DNA of 24,007 bases from Candidatus Sumerlaeaceae bacterium (GTDB lineage: Bacteria; Sumerlaeota; Sumerlaeia; Sumerlaeales; Sumerlaeaceae), in the NCBI GenBank assembly GCA_051003195.1, contig JBPCLP010000006.1:1-24007 (forward strand). The letters are read 5' to 3'. A program made the translations under genes and the position numbers. Shown one piece after another: positions 8,041 through 17,527 of the stretch (its first letter is position 1; each line of letters begins with the position of its first letter). The notes below the pieces were generated by a model. The model ran no database searches and was not told the DNA's origin. It was given only the letters and a program-made list of their open reading frames with translations.

Positions 8041-8481
8041 CTAGCTCTCCTGCTTGCGTCCGGAACCGGGATGAATGTCGTCCTTGGTGCCTTCCTGCTT
8101 ATCCTTGCCTTTGCTGAACAGGTCGAACTCTTTGCCACCTTCACCGGGGGAGCGGTAAATGAAATCCTGCTTATAAGAATCCAGTGGGACTTCCTTCATC
8201 GCCTGCTCCCATTCGTCCTCTTCCAGGCCGCCGGGTTTGGTTACCAGTGCCTGGAGTCCCTCTTCGGTCGTTGGATAACGGGTGGCCTTGACCTCGAACA
8301 TACCAAGTGCAGTTTCGACGGAACGCATCTGGTCTTTCGTCGCCTGGATTTTGGCGGTGTCGGATTTGCCGGCGATCTTCGGTCCGATGGTGGCCGCCAG
8401 GATGCCGATGATCACCACGACCAGCATGATCTCAATCAGTGTAAAACCACTATGTTTATTAAGGCAGAATCGCTTACTCAT
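8041..8481 (-). CDS. gspG: Type II secretion major pseudopilin GspG-like protein
   Basis: Prepilin cleavage/methylation motif G|FTLIEIMLVVVIIGILA. T2SSG motifs YPTTEEGLQAL, YRSPG and FDLFSKGKD...GT.DDI. Confidence 0.88.
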   Translation of the reverse strand: MSKRFCLNKHSGFTLIEIMLVVVIIGILAATIGPKIAGKSDTAKIQATKDQMRSVETALGMFEVKATRYPTTEEGLQALVTKPGGLEEDEWEQAMKEVPLDSYKQDFIYRSPGEGGKEFDLFSKGKDKQEGTKDDIHPGSGRKQES

Positions 8482-8556
8482 TTGGCTGAACCTCGCCTTT
8501 CATTCAATAACGTCGAGGCCCGGGTAGCAACCGCTGGGCCAATGTTCGGGCGGGTC

Positions 8557-9945
8557 CTACGCGGGTGTCTGCGTGCCTCGCACCTTCCTTGTTAAATACG
8601 CCACAAGATTGCGCAAATTGTCGTCGTGGCTCATTTCATCTTCGATCTTTTTAACCGCGTGCAGGATCGAAGTGTGGTCACGGCCGCCGAACTTCAGGGC
8701 AATTTCGGGGTACGAAAGGGGAGTGGCCTTGCGCGAGATGTACTGCGCAATGTGCCTTGGGCTGGCAAACTTCTTAAGCCGGCTGCTACCAAGCAGCTCG
8801 GTACGCTTGACGTCGAAGTACGTGCATACGACTTCGATGATATCCTCGATATCGATAGGGCGCGGTGCGTCATTCTCGAGCAGGTGGGCAAGGACGTTTT
8901 TGGAAAGTTCAAGCGTAACGGGCTGGCGCTGCAGGATAGAGTAGGCCTTGAGGCGCACGAGGACGCCTTCGAGCTCGCGGATGTTGCTCTGAACGCGCTC
9001 GGCGATGTAGAGGGCCACTTCGCTGGGCAGGTCCACCTGCTCCTCGAGCGCCTTCTTCATGACGATTGCGATACGGGTTTCGAGGTCGGGGGGCTGTACG
9101 TCGACCACGAGGCCCCAGGAGAAGCGGTTGCGCAGGCGGTCTTCGAGCGTGGTGAGCTCTTTTGGCGGCCGATCACTGGATACGACAATTTTTTTACCGG
9201 CGTCATACAACGCGTTAAACGTATGAAAGAACTCGGTTTGCGTGCGTTCCTTGCCACTGAAAAACTGGATGTCATCAATCAGCAGCAGATCCACATTGCG
9301 ATAACAGTCGCGGAATTCAAACTGCTTCCCCTGTGAGATCGATTCGATAAAGGAATTCATGAATTGCTCGCTGGTGACGTAGAGCACCTTGGCGCCGGTG
9401 TTCGTCCTGAGGAGCTGGTGTCCAATGGCATGCATGAGGTGCGTTTTGCCGAGACCGACGCCACCGTAAATGAACAGTGGATTATAGGACTTCGACAGGG
9501 GCTCGGCCACCTGGCGGCAGGCGGCGTGCGCGAAGCGGTTGCTCTCACCTACGACGTAGCGGTCGAACACGTATTTGGGATTAAGATGATTTGATTTATG
9601 AAGCTCCTGTTGTCGCATGGCACTTGAAGGTGCTTCGACGGGAGGCTGAGAGCCATTGTCCGTTGCAATTTCTTGGGGTGCTCGATCGGTTGCTGCGTCG
9701 ACCATGAAATCCAAGCGCAGATCCTGCGCCGTAATCTCTTTAAGTGCTCCTTCAATCTTGTCGCGGTAATTGGAGCAAAGCCAGCTTTTGAACAGCGGAC
9801 TGGGAACGCTTAGTGTTACAGTGTCTCCGTTGGAATGGTGAAACTGAGTGGGGCGAAGCCATGTTGCGAAACTTTCATCATCAAGGCGGCCCTGGAGCCG
9901 GGCGAGCGTTTTCTCCCAGACATGCTGATCGACGATTGCGGACAC
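8557..9945 (-). CDS. dnaA: Chromosomal replication initiator DnaA
   Basis: LNPKYVFDRYVVGESN, YNPLFIYGGVGLGKTHL (Walker A), LLLIDDIQF (Walker B), SNIRELEG and FGGRDHT. GTG start with AAGGA RBS. Confidence 0.98.
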   Translation of the reverse strand: MSAIVDQHVWEKTLARLQGRLDDESFATWLRPTQFHHSNGDTVTLSVPSPLFKSWLCSNYRDKIEGALKEITAQDLRLDFMVDAATDRAPQEIATDNGSQPPVEAPSSAMRQQELHKSNHLNPKYVFDRYVVGESNRFAHAACRQVAEPLSKSYNPLFIYGGVGLGKTHLMHAIGHQLLRTNTGAKVLYVTSEQFMNSFIESISQGKQFEFRDCYRNVDLLLIDDIQFFSGKERTQTEFFHTFNALYDAGKKIVVSSDRPPKELTTLEDRLRNRFSWGLVVDVQPPDLETRIAIVMKKALEEQVDLPSEVALYIAERVQSNIRELEGVLVRLKAYSILQRQPVTLELSKNVLAHLLENDAPRPIDIEDIIEVVCTYFDVKRTELLGSSRLKKFASPRHIAQYISRKATPLSYPEIALKFGGRDHTSILHAVKKIEDEMSHDDNLRNLVAYLTRKVRGTQTPA

Positions 9946-10015
9946 GATGTTTTCCTTAAAATGTGAAGTATTTCCCTTAACGAGGACGGCTTAAGCGAAA
10001 GCAGCGTAGTAGTGC

Positions 10016-10024
10016 TTTTCCACA
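10016..10024 (+). promoter_or_regulatory. DnaA box (TTTTCCACA) upstream of dnaA, possible autoregulation site
   Basis: Exact match to the TTWTNCACA consensus, ~70 bp upstream of the dnaA start. Confidence 0.55.
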
Positions 10025-10061
10025 AAGTAGAAGCAAGGCTTTTTCGAAGCGTGATGTGCTT

Positions 10062-10994
10062 TTAGTTTTGGATGAACTCAAGCAGCGTATCTCCTACTGC
10101 CTGAAGGCTTTCCGGGCTGCATTTATCGACTGTATCCCCGAGCGTGTGCCAGCTGGGGTAGTTAAAATCGATGATATCTATGTACGGTTTTCCGAGTTCC
10201 AGAAACGCGATGTGATCGTCGTGAACGGGCGGGCCGGACTGCTTCACAAAAATGGCAGGATGCAGGCGGGCACCGAGATCCCAGAAACGTTTCGCGAGGT
10301 CGGGCGCGCGCCGCATCGAATGCCCTTCAACCGGGAGCCGGAGATCGGCATCGCCTACCATGTCCACGTTGATTCCGTTCTCAAATTGCAGAGTTGCGGG
10401 CAGTTGCTTTGCCATGAACTGCGAACCAAGGCAGAACCCGTTGGAATCAGTTGGTAGTCCGTGGTCTTCGAGATCAAAGAAAACCAGTCCCACAGAGTGC
10501 GGGAGGTTGAGTTTTGGCAACTGCCGGGCAATCTCCAGCAGCACGGCAGCGCCGCTGGCGCCGTCGTTTGCGCCCGGTACCGGCTTCGCGGCCTTTTCCG
10601 GCGATTTTTCCTGGTCTGCGAATGGCCGTGTATCGTAATGTGCGGAAAGGAGATATTTGATAGAAGGTGCTTTAGGGTAGGTTCCATAAAGATTTACTCC
10701 AGCTATCGACTTGCCCAGGAGTTGAGAGTTTGCGGTAAAGGGCTGGCTGCCTGTGGTAAGTCCGCTGTGTTCGAGGACGGACAGAATGTGTTCGCGAGTC
10801 TTCTGGTGTGCGTTGCTGCCGGGAAGACGGGGGCCCAGTTCACACTGTAATATAAGGTCTGAAAAGGCGCGTTGCCCGTCGAATCTGGCAGGTGCAGACA
10901 GCGTCGACGTGGTCTGTCCAACCGCGAAGCCACAACTCAGTAACAGGCAAATCGCAATTGGAAGGCAGGAAGGGCTGTTTGATCTAAAATCCAT
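10062..10994 (-). CDS. Exported M28-family peptidase / glutaminyl cyclase-like protein
   Basis: SAHYDTRP, PGANDGASG, FFDLEDHG, NVDMVGD, DDHIAF and WHTLGDT. N-terminal hydrophobic signal, possibly a lipobox (LLSC). Alternative start at 11066. Confidence 0.88.
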   Translation of the reverse strand: MDFRSNSPSCLPIAICLLLSCGFAVGQTTSTLSAPARFDGQRAFSDLILQCELGPRLPGSNAHQKTREHILSVLEHSGLTTGSQPFTANSQLLGKSIAGVNLYGTYPKAPSIKYLLSAHYDTRPFADQEKSPEKAAKPVPGANDGASGAAVLLEIARQLPKLNLPHSVGLVFFDLEDHGLPTDSNGFCLGSQFMAKQLPATLQFENGINVDMVGDADLRLPVEGHSMRRAPDLAKRFWDLGARLHPAIFVKQSGPPVHDDHIAFLELGKPYIDIIDFNYPSWHTLGDTVDKCSPESLQAVGDTLLEFIQN

Positions 10995-11121
10995 AGCTCG
11001 AACAGGAGCACGGTGCGGTCGGCAGATGGCTATGAAAAACCGCAGGGGTGCAGAACAATTTTGCACATAAACTTGTTGCGTCGAGCAGGCTCGTTTTCCT
11101 TTCTGGGGGCGGCTTCACCTT

Positions 11122-12747
11122 ATGACCTATTCGCTGTATTTAAACCGTCGGAACGGATTCGCGAAATTGTGCGTGGTTGTCCTCACGGCGGTTGGGGTGA
11201 TGCGTGGCAGCCGGGCTGAAGCGGCGGTGGATTTTGTCCGGTCCGCGGTGAATCTTCCGGCATCGACGACCGCCTTCGAGTACTCGCATGATCTGGACGG
11301 AGATGGTCGAATGGACCTTCTGGCCATTTACCAGCGACGGATCATGATTTTTTTCCAGAACAATGCCGATGCATTTCCGTCGGCGCCTGACATCGAGATT
11401 GGTTCAGAAGAGCCCGTTCCTGCAACGTATGCGCAGGTGAGCATCGGTAAAGTGAGCGGCGACCCAGGCGAGCAAATTTTGCTGATAGGGCCTGAGGGTG
11501 TAGATTATGTGTCGGTTAGTGAGCTTAAAGGTCAGCCGTCTCACCCGGTGGAACCGCATAACCTGATCGCCAAAAAACTGAGCATTACGCCTGGCCCTAC
11601 GCTGGACTACAGCAACGCCGCAACGGACCTGGACGGCGACGGGAAAACCGACGTGGTGGTTCCAACTTTTGACCACCTGGAGATCTTCAGCGCGGACGCG
11701 GAGCAAAAGTTTACGTTGCGCGGCAGGATACCGCTGACGATGCGGAACGAACAAACCACCAAGCTGGCCACGGAACCGTCACTGCTGGGAAGCTCCATCT
11801 TCAGTGGGACTTTTACTGGTCTCGTACAAACGCTTCCCGCGACGGATCAGTGGCACGCAGTTCAATATGCAGTGAACACCGTTAGCCTGCCCGTGCTCAT
11901 TACGGATTTCGACAGGGACACGCGTATGGATGTCGTACAGGCCAACCGCATTTTGTACCAGCAGTCGGCGGGGCGATTTACGCCCGTGCAGAGCACGATT
12001 CAGAGCCGGATCTACTCGGCCATTGTTCCGCACGAAAATCGCAACGCGCTCGTGAGCCAACCCAACCTGGTCGACTTCAACGGAGATGGCGCGCTGGATA
12101 CCTTTCGGGTCGAAGTGTCGGCGGCGAAGCTGAGTCCGCGCACGGATGTTTCAGTGTACCTTGGCCGGCCAGACCGGTCTTTGCCGGAGCAACCGGATAT
12201 GGTGCTTCGCACGCGCGACTTTGCATACAGTGACGCGCTGCCTGTCGGCGATATTAACGGCGACGGGGTTTTGGATATCGCGCTTTTCCACCTGGATTTC
12301 CAAGCCTCTTCGGCATCATCGCAATTAAAGGCGTACCTGAGAAACGGGTTGGAAGGCGACTTGCGTTTTTACCTATATGATAAACGCCGTAACCGTTTCC
12401 CTGACTCGCCGAGTTTTACGTTTCCTGTAATTGTGAGCTACGATATTTACGGGGCGCGCCAGTTTTTCCGGCAGCAGGTTGTCACGAACGCGGACATGAG
12501 CGGCGATGGACTTGCGGACCTGGTGCTCAAGACGGGGCCGCAGCAGTTCAGTGTGTTCACCAACACCGGGCCGGAGAAGGTAGGATTTGCAAAAGCCGCT
12601 GCGGCGGTGGTGCCGACGAACCCGACGAAATTTTCGTCCATCGCAGTGGCTGAGTTGAACGCCGACAAACGCGGTGATGTGGTGATCTCGGGCTACATCG
12701 AGGGGCAGGACGACCGTATCATCTACTCGATGTTTTTGTCGAAGTGA
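11122..12747 (+). CDS. Secreted FG-GAP/VCBS-repeat (DxDGDG) beta-propeller protein
   Basis: Repeated Ca-binding motifs DLDGDGRMD, DLDGDGKTD, DFDRDTRMD, DFNGDGALD, DINGDGVLD and DMSGDGLAD. Signal peptide ending AEA. Confidence 0.9.
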   Translation: MTYSLYLNRRNGFAKLCVVVLTAVGVMRGSRAEAAVDFVRSAVNLPASTTAFEYSHDLDGDGRMDLLAIYQRRIMIFFQNNADAFPSAPDIEIGSEEPVPATYAQVSIGKVSGDPGEQILLIGPEGVDYVSVSELKGQPSHPVEPHNLIAKKLSITPGPTLDYSNAATDLDGDGKTDVVVPTFDHLEIFSADAEQKFTLRGRIPLTMRNEQTTKLATEPSLLGSSIFSGTFTGLVQTLPATDQWHAVQYAVNTVSLPVLITDFDRDTRMDVVQANRILYQQSAGRFTPVQSTIQSRIYSAIVPHENRNALVSQPNLVDFNGDGALDTFRVEVSAAKLSPRTDVSVYLGRPDRSLPEQPDMVLRTRDFAYSDALPVGDINGDGVLDIALFHLDFQASSASSQLKAYLRNGLEGDLRFYLYDKRRNRFPDSPSFTFPVIVSYDIYGARQFFRQQVVTNADMSGDGLADLVLKTGPQQFSVFTNTGPEKVGFAKAAAAVVPTNPTKFSSIAVAELNADKRGDVVISGYIEGQDDRIIYSMFLSK

Positions 12748-12814
12748 GGGGCGTTGAGCCGGGGGGACCGCTGGCCAGAGAGGGAAGCGGGCCATTGCCG
12801 GGACAGGGTCTGCG

Positions 12815-15073
12815 ATGACGGAGGCGGGGAGCGAGGGGAAACCGCAGGGCGCGATAGATCCTCTATCCGACATCAGGGCAACGAACACCGATCCCGTACT
12901 GGGTTTGCAGGCCGTGGTAGACGATACTGGATCTCCATTTGGAGGTCCAGAAGTTGACTCATTCCTATCGTTCCTGCGGTCGCAGATTGAGCAGCTGGGG
13001 TTCGACTATGCTGGTGGGACAGAATCGCTGTTGGGCATCGCTGGATCAAGGCTTCAATGGGAACGGCGTGCATTCACCATGTACCCGCTTTATATAGAGA
13101 AGCTTACTATTTCCGATACGGAGCATGGGGATTATCTGCGGCAGGTCCGTCCCGGTGAGTGGATAGTGGGGAAGCATGTTCTGGATCCCGCAGCGCCGGC
13201 GTATTTTGAGGCACGTCGGGAGGAGTGGCAGTATGAGCTGAAGACTCTGCTGCTTTCGCGCGGCAATGATGTGACCGGAGGCTTTACCTATAATGCACTT
13301 CGAGTTCCCGCGGATGAACTGAAGAACGGAGCGCTGGATATCCGCCCACTGGTGCTCCACGCGATCGCGCCTGACGGTTCGGCATGTGACCGGGGACATC
13401 TGCCGAGCCAAGCTGCGATTGCGAACGCATTCTGGCAGACATTCTGGGCGACCGGTGCACGACGTGCGGAGCGCGGGGAAACCTTCCCTGTCGCGTTTTT
13501 ACCTATCGATAGAAGCAGCCGATTCGAATTTGCTGCGCCTTTTCACGAGCGGTACGTGTCGCTGCGACGGCGCTTGTTTGGGCGGACATCGATTTTGGCG
13601 TACGTTATCGAAATACTGACGCGAGCAGAGGCGTTGCTATTCGACAGGCGCTCAAACAGCTTTGTCGTAGGTGTGGGGTTTGAGCCAGGGCTGTACGAAG
13701 TCGCGGCTGCGGATGTTCTGCTGGCTGTGAGGGAGTTGAACCGCACGGGGTTTGTCGATGCGTTCACCGCCGAAAATGAAAAAGTCTTTGCCGGCTGGCG
13801 TGAGCTGGAAAAGTCTCACTCTGCGGCCGTGTGGCCATTTAACGACACGGCGCAGGAAACAGTGAGCGACGCCGGACCGAAGATTCGCGCCGAGTCGAAG
13901 AGCAGCGATTTTATCGCGAGTGTGCGCGCGGATGGACCTGCAAGCGAACATCTCGTGCGCATTCATCGCGTGGTCCCCTATGGCGGGTGTGCCTACTTGT
14001 ACGAAACCGTTAGCGAGATCGCAGAGTTGCGCCGCCGTGGCAAGGTGCAGGACTTCGAGGGGGAGGTGCTGGCGGCGACCAACTCAACATTCTTTCTGAA
14101 CTTCCCCGAAGAGTATGCCACCTTGCATAGCGCGATGAACGATGCGGTGGCCGCACTTGTTGAGAATGGCAGAACACACCAGGCCAAAACGCTGCGCCGT
14201 GCCACCTTTGTGCTTAGCCGCGATGGACAGGCGCACGTCACAACGCGCGCCGGCAATCGATTGAACTCCGATGTGCTTGTATTCGAAGGCGAAAGCTCGT
14301 CTGCATCTTATTGGCAAAACAGCGGGAAGGCATTTGCGGAAAACAAGTTCGGCCCGCTATTCTTCGGTAGTGTTCTGGTTGGGAACTCCATTGTTGAGAC
14401 GTTCGAAGAAATCGCCACTGAGGTACCGTCCAATGGCTGGGTGATTGGCGATTCAGAGGCATTTGGCGGGCGTATCGAGCCGCGCAATGCGGTGGACGTG
14501 CAGGTGCACGAGCCGAGCGGCTCGCGCGAGGTGGCGATACAGCATGCATTCGCCGTGGGGCCGATGCTGGTAGAGAGCGGGAGCATCGTTCCACTAGGGG
14601 AAAGCCGTGAGGAGTTTCAGCCGATCGTGCTCCGCGATTCGCCGTCCTTCGATGAGTCTTCCGGGTTGTCGCGAACCGGGCTTCCACCGGCGCTACTGAA
14701 CTGCGAAAAACGCGGTGTGCCGCCGACGCGGTTTCCTTATGACTGGAACCGCACGCGCGCCCCTCGCACGGCGATTGGTGTGCAGCGCGATGGTTCGGTG
14801 CTGCTGGTTGTGGTGGATGGTCGCGCGGACCTGCCGCACTCCATTGGCGCTACGTTAGCCGAACTGGCGCAACTGATGCTGAACCTGGGATGTGAGTCGG
14901 CGATGAATATGGACGGCGGCGGCTCGTCGGTGATGTTTGTAAACGATTCGGCGGTTCACCCTCTCAAGCTGCGCGACCACCTGCGTGACGGGGTGGTAAA
15001 CCTGCCAAGTGATATGGGCGGTGTGGAGCGGCTCCTGCCGGTGCCGCTCGTTCTTTACCGCCGGCCGAAGTGA
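12815..15073 (+). CDS. Phosphodiester glycosidase (NAGPA) family protein with a long unrecognised N-terminal region
   Basis: C-terminal RAPRTAIG...LLVVVDGR...GATLAELAQLM...AMNMDGGGSS signature, plus AVGPMLV. Confidence 0.85.
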   Translation: MTEAGSEGKPQGAIDPLSDIRATNTDPVLGLQAVVDDTGSPFGGPEVDSFLSFLRSQIEQLGFDYAGGTESLLGIAGSRLQWERRAFTMYPLYIEKLTISDTEHGDYLRQVRPGEWIVGKHVLDPAAPAYFEARREEWQYELKTLLLSRGNDVTGGFTYNALRVPADELKNGALDIRPLVLHAIAPDGSACDRGHLPSQAAIANAFWQTFWATGARRAERGETFPVAFLPIDRSSRFEFAAPFHERYVSLRRRLFGRTSILAYVIEILTRAEALLFDRRSNSFVVGVGFEPGLYEVAAADVLLAVRELNRTGFVDAFTAENEKVFAGWRELEKSHSAAVWPFNDTAQETVSDAGPKIRAESKSSDFIASVRADGPASEHLVRIHRVVPYGGCAYLYETVSEIAELRRRGKVQDFEGEVLAATNSTFFLNFPEEYATLHSAMNDAVAALVENGRTHQAKTLRRATFVLSRDGQAHVTTRAGNRLNSDVLVFEGESSSASYWQNSGKAFAENKFGPLFFGSVLVGNSIVETFEEIATEVPSNGWVIGDSEAFGGRIEPRNAVDVQVHEPSGSREVAIQHAFAVGPMLVESGSIVPLGESREEFQPIVLRDSPSFDESSGLSRTGLPPALLNCEKRGVPPTRFPYDWNRTRAPRTAIGVQRDGSVLLVVVDGRADLPHSIGATLAELAQLMLNLGCESAMNMDGGGSSVMFVNDSAVHPLKLRDHLRDGVVNLPSDMGGVERLLPVPLVLYRRPK

Positions 15074-15131
15074 GGAATGGTACAGCGGCTGGCAGTAGTG
15101 CTATGCAGAAGGTCTGACGGATGCCGCGATA

Positions 15132-16316
15132 CTAGCCGGTGAGGACCTGTTTACATGCCCGCGCAACTATGATTTCCTCATTTGCTTCGATGATAAGGAT
15201 ACGAACCGGGGAGCCTGTCGTCGCCACGTCGCAGTCCGGCTTCGCTGTGTCGTTTACCTGTATCCTGAGGTGGACCCCCAAGAAGTCCAGGTTCTCGCAG
15301 CATTTGGCGCGTATAAGCGCGCTTCGCTCTCCGATTCCGCCCGTGAAAACAAGTGCATCGATGCCCCCGAGTGCGACTGCGGCGCAGCCAATCCATTGGC
15401 GAACCTTATAAACGAAGGCATCGATTGCCATCTGAGCACGTGCGTCGCCCTGTTGCGCGGCGTTAATAATTTCGCGCATTTCTCCGCTGACACCTGACAA
15501 AGCCTTGATGCCCGATTCACTGCTGAGAATCTTGCGTGCTTCCGCCGTGCTCAACCCGAGTTCTTCAATCATCCAAAGAGGAATGATTGGGTCAATATCA
15601 CCGGGACGTCCAGAGTGGATGACGCCTGATTGCGGTGATAGCCCGAAGGAGTTGTCGATGGAGGTGGTGCCGCGCGTGGCATTGATGGAAGTGCTTCCGC
15701 CGAGATGGCAGGTAATCAGGCGAAGGTCTTTCCGGCCGAGTATTTCGGCGGCGCGCTGTGCGGTATACCGGTGTGAGGCACCGTGGAACCCGTAACGACG
15801 GATGCCGTATTTCTCTGCCCATTCGTATGGCAATGCATAGCGCCATGCAAATTCCGGGATACTGTGGTGAAATGCCGGCTCAAATAGTCCGATCATCGGG
15901 GTGCGCGGGAGCCGCTGCTGGAAGGCGCGAATAGCGGCTATGTAAGGTGGGTTGTGGGTAGGGGCGATGGGAGACATTGCATCCATGGCGGCAAGAACAT
16001 CCTCGTCCAGGACGGCGGCATTCATTATATTTTTAGCGAGCACCGTTTTAAATCCGACGGCGCTGAGAACATCGAGACTCTGAAGTGCATCACTGTCGTC
16101 CAGCAGGTATTTCAGCAGGTGGTCGATGCCGTCGAGATAGCCGGTGAAGGTGTGTGTGCCGGACTGGGATGCGGTGTCGGGGGTCTTGTATTCGAATATA
16201 CTGTGGGGCTGGCCGATGCCTTCGACGCGGCCGGACGAAAGAAGTTGCTCGCCGTCCATCTCGAACAGCTTAAACTTAAGGGAAGTGGACCCGACGTTGA
16301 TGACGAGGATAAGCAT
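15132..16316 (-). CDS. ackA: Acetate/propionate kinase family protein (divergent)
   Basis: MLILVINVGSTSLKF, APTHNP, RRYGFHGASH, CHLGG, LVFTGGIGE and ANEE. Start set at the ATG at 16316, not the extended ORF start. Confidence 0.9.
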   Translation of the reverse strand: MLILVINVGSTSLKFKLFEMDGEQLLSSGRVEGIGQPHSIFEYKTPDTASQSGTHTFTGYLDGIDHLLKYLLDDSDALQSLDVLSAVGFKTVLAKNIMNAAVLDEDVLAAMDAMSPIAPTHNPPYIAAIRAFQQRLPRTPMIGLFEPAFHHSIPEFAWRYALPYEWAEKYGIRRYGFHGASHRYTAQRAAEILGRKDLRLITCHLGGSTSINATRGTTSIDNSFGLSPQSGVIHSGRPGDIDPIIPLWMIEELGLSTAEARKILSSESGIKALSGVSGEMREIINAAQQGDARAQMAIDAFVYKVRQWIGCAAVALGGIDALVFTGGIGERSALIRAKCCENLDFLGVHLRIQVNDTAKPDCDVATTGSPVRILIIEANEEIIVARACKQVLTG

Positions 16317-16487
16317 GGATGGGATGTTTGGATTGTGAGTTGCGCGAGTGTAAATGGTAAACACGTACGGCTCTGTTCGGAGTACAGGCTTCAGCCTGGG
16401 CCGGCAGTGCGGGCGCAAAGGAGTGGTTTGGTTAAGGCGATATACCAATTATGGTTAGAAGGTCTGCAGTATAGGTCGGCACTGCTT

Positions 16488-17429
16488 TTGGATCGCCAGC
16501 CCAGGCTAAAGCCTATACTTCGAACGGTGTTAATTGTATCGGCGTCGCTACTGGTTTCCCATAAACCCATAGCGGCGCCGTGGTCTCGGCAGGAGGAGCC
16601 GCTCGCGAATACACAGCCGGCAGAAAATCTGCTCCTGATCGTAGCGGACATCCAGCGCCACATCAATGATGATGTGTATCGGTTCCCTTATCCATTAGAT
16701 GCGAACGGACAGAATGTGTTTCGCGCGAGCATCGTGCGCCTTTCTAATTACGAACGAATCTATCCGGGACGCTTGAAAGAAGTTGTGGCGCTGGCTAAGG
16801 CGCAGGCTTTTGAGAAACTGTGCGCCTTCCAGGAGGCGGGTGCGAATTACCAGGCCGCGCAGAAGTCGGGCGATGAGCGTATCAAGAAAGTTGCCGGCGA
16901 GGGATTCGAGCGTATGAAACAGTTTTCGTCGATCGTGGATGTGATTCCCGACAAATCGACTCCGCGCACATGGGAGCGTGATATTCGAACGCGCATTGCC
17001 GAACTTTCCGCGCTGGTTAAAACTACTTCGCTGCCACATGTTGCACTGTTGCAGGTGGAGCGGGAACGTGCGCAAATGCAGCTAGCGGAGTTCTACAAAG
17101 CGGTTCGATTTATCAGGCCGTATTCGATGAAGGACCTAACGAATCAACTGAAGGAGAACGTCGAGGTTAACAAGGCGAGCAAGATGCTGTACACGCATCA
17201 CCTGATGCAGGCGGACCTTCAATTCGAGCTGGCTAAGGAGTATACGGTGCTGAACGATCCCGAGGGACCGGACTTCGATCTGCGCGATTTCGAGGGTTTT
17301 ACGAAATCCGCGCGCGCGGAGTACGCCATTGTGGAGCAGGCGGATGGATTTGATGAGAAGCAGGAGGGTCGCGCGAAACTGCAGGCGCTTGACGCGTTCG
17401 TGGAGCGGGTGACGGATCGGGCGAGGTAG
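16488..17429 (+). CDS. Hypothetical exported alpha-helical (TPR-like) protein
   Basis: Long ORF with host-like codon usage and amphipathic helical composition, plus a hydrophobic N-terminal segment. Start uncertain (TTG 16488 or GTG 16527). The ORF-track extension overlaps ackA and is rejected. Confidence 0.7.
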   Translation: MDRQPRLKPILRTVLIVSASLLVSHKPIAAPWSRQEEPLANTQPAENLLLIVADIQRHINDDVYRFPYPLDANGQNVFRASIVRLSNYERIYPGRLKEVVALAKAQAFEKLCAFQEAGANYQAAQKSGDERIKKVAGEGFERMKQFSSIVDVIPDKSTPRTWERDIRTRIAELSALVKTTSLPHVALLQVERERAQMQLAEFYKAVRFIRPYSMKDLTNQLKENVEVNKASKMLYTHHLMQADLQFELAKEYTVLNDPEGPDFDLRDFEGFTKSARAEYAIVEQADGFDEKQEGRAKLQALDAFVERVTDRAR

Positions 17430-17478
17430 GGCAGCCGTTGATTGCGAGACTCCTATGCTGATTACTTAGACGCTAAGC

Positions 17479-17514
17479 TGGACACGATGGACAAAATGGA
17501 CGATATGGACAAGA
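17479..17514 (+). repeat. Four tandem 9-bp units TGGACNNNA upstream of the four-helix-bundle gene
   Basis: TGGACACGA TGGACAAAA TGGACGATA TGGACAAGA. Confidence 0.85.
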
Positions 17515-17527
17515 TAGCCCGGGTAGG

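Noticed and set aside
7945..9594. Plus-strand ORFs of 216, 236 and 123 aa opposite gspG and dnaA
   Set aside because: Antisense shadows of well-supported genes, with no motifs of their own.
15954..16487. N-terminal extension of the 491-aa ORF, and extension of ackA to 16448
   Set aside because: The extensions overlap each other and ackA head-to-head; ackA homology starts at MLILVIN (16316).
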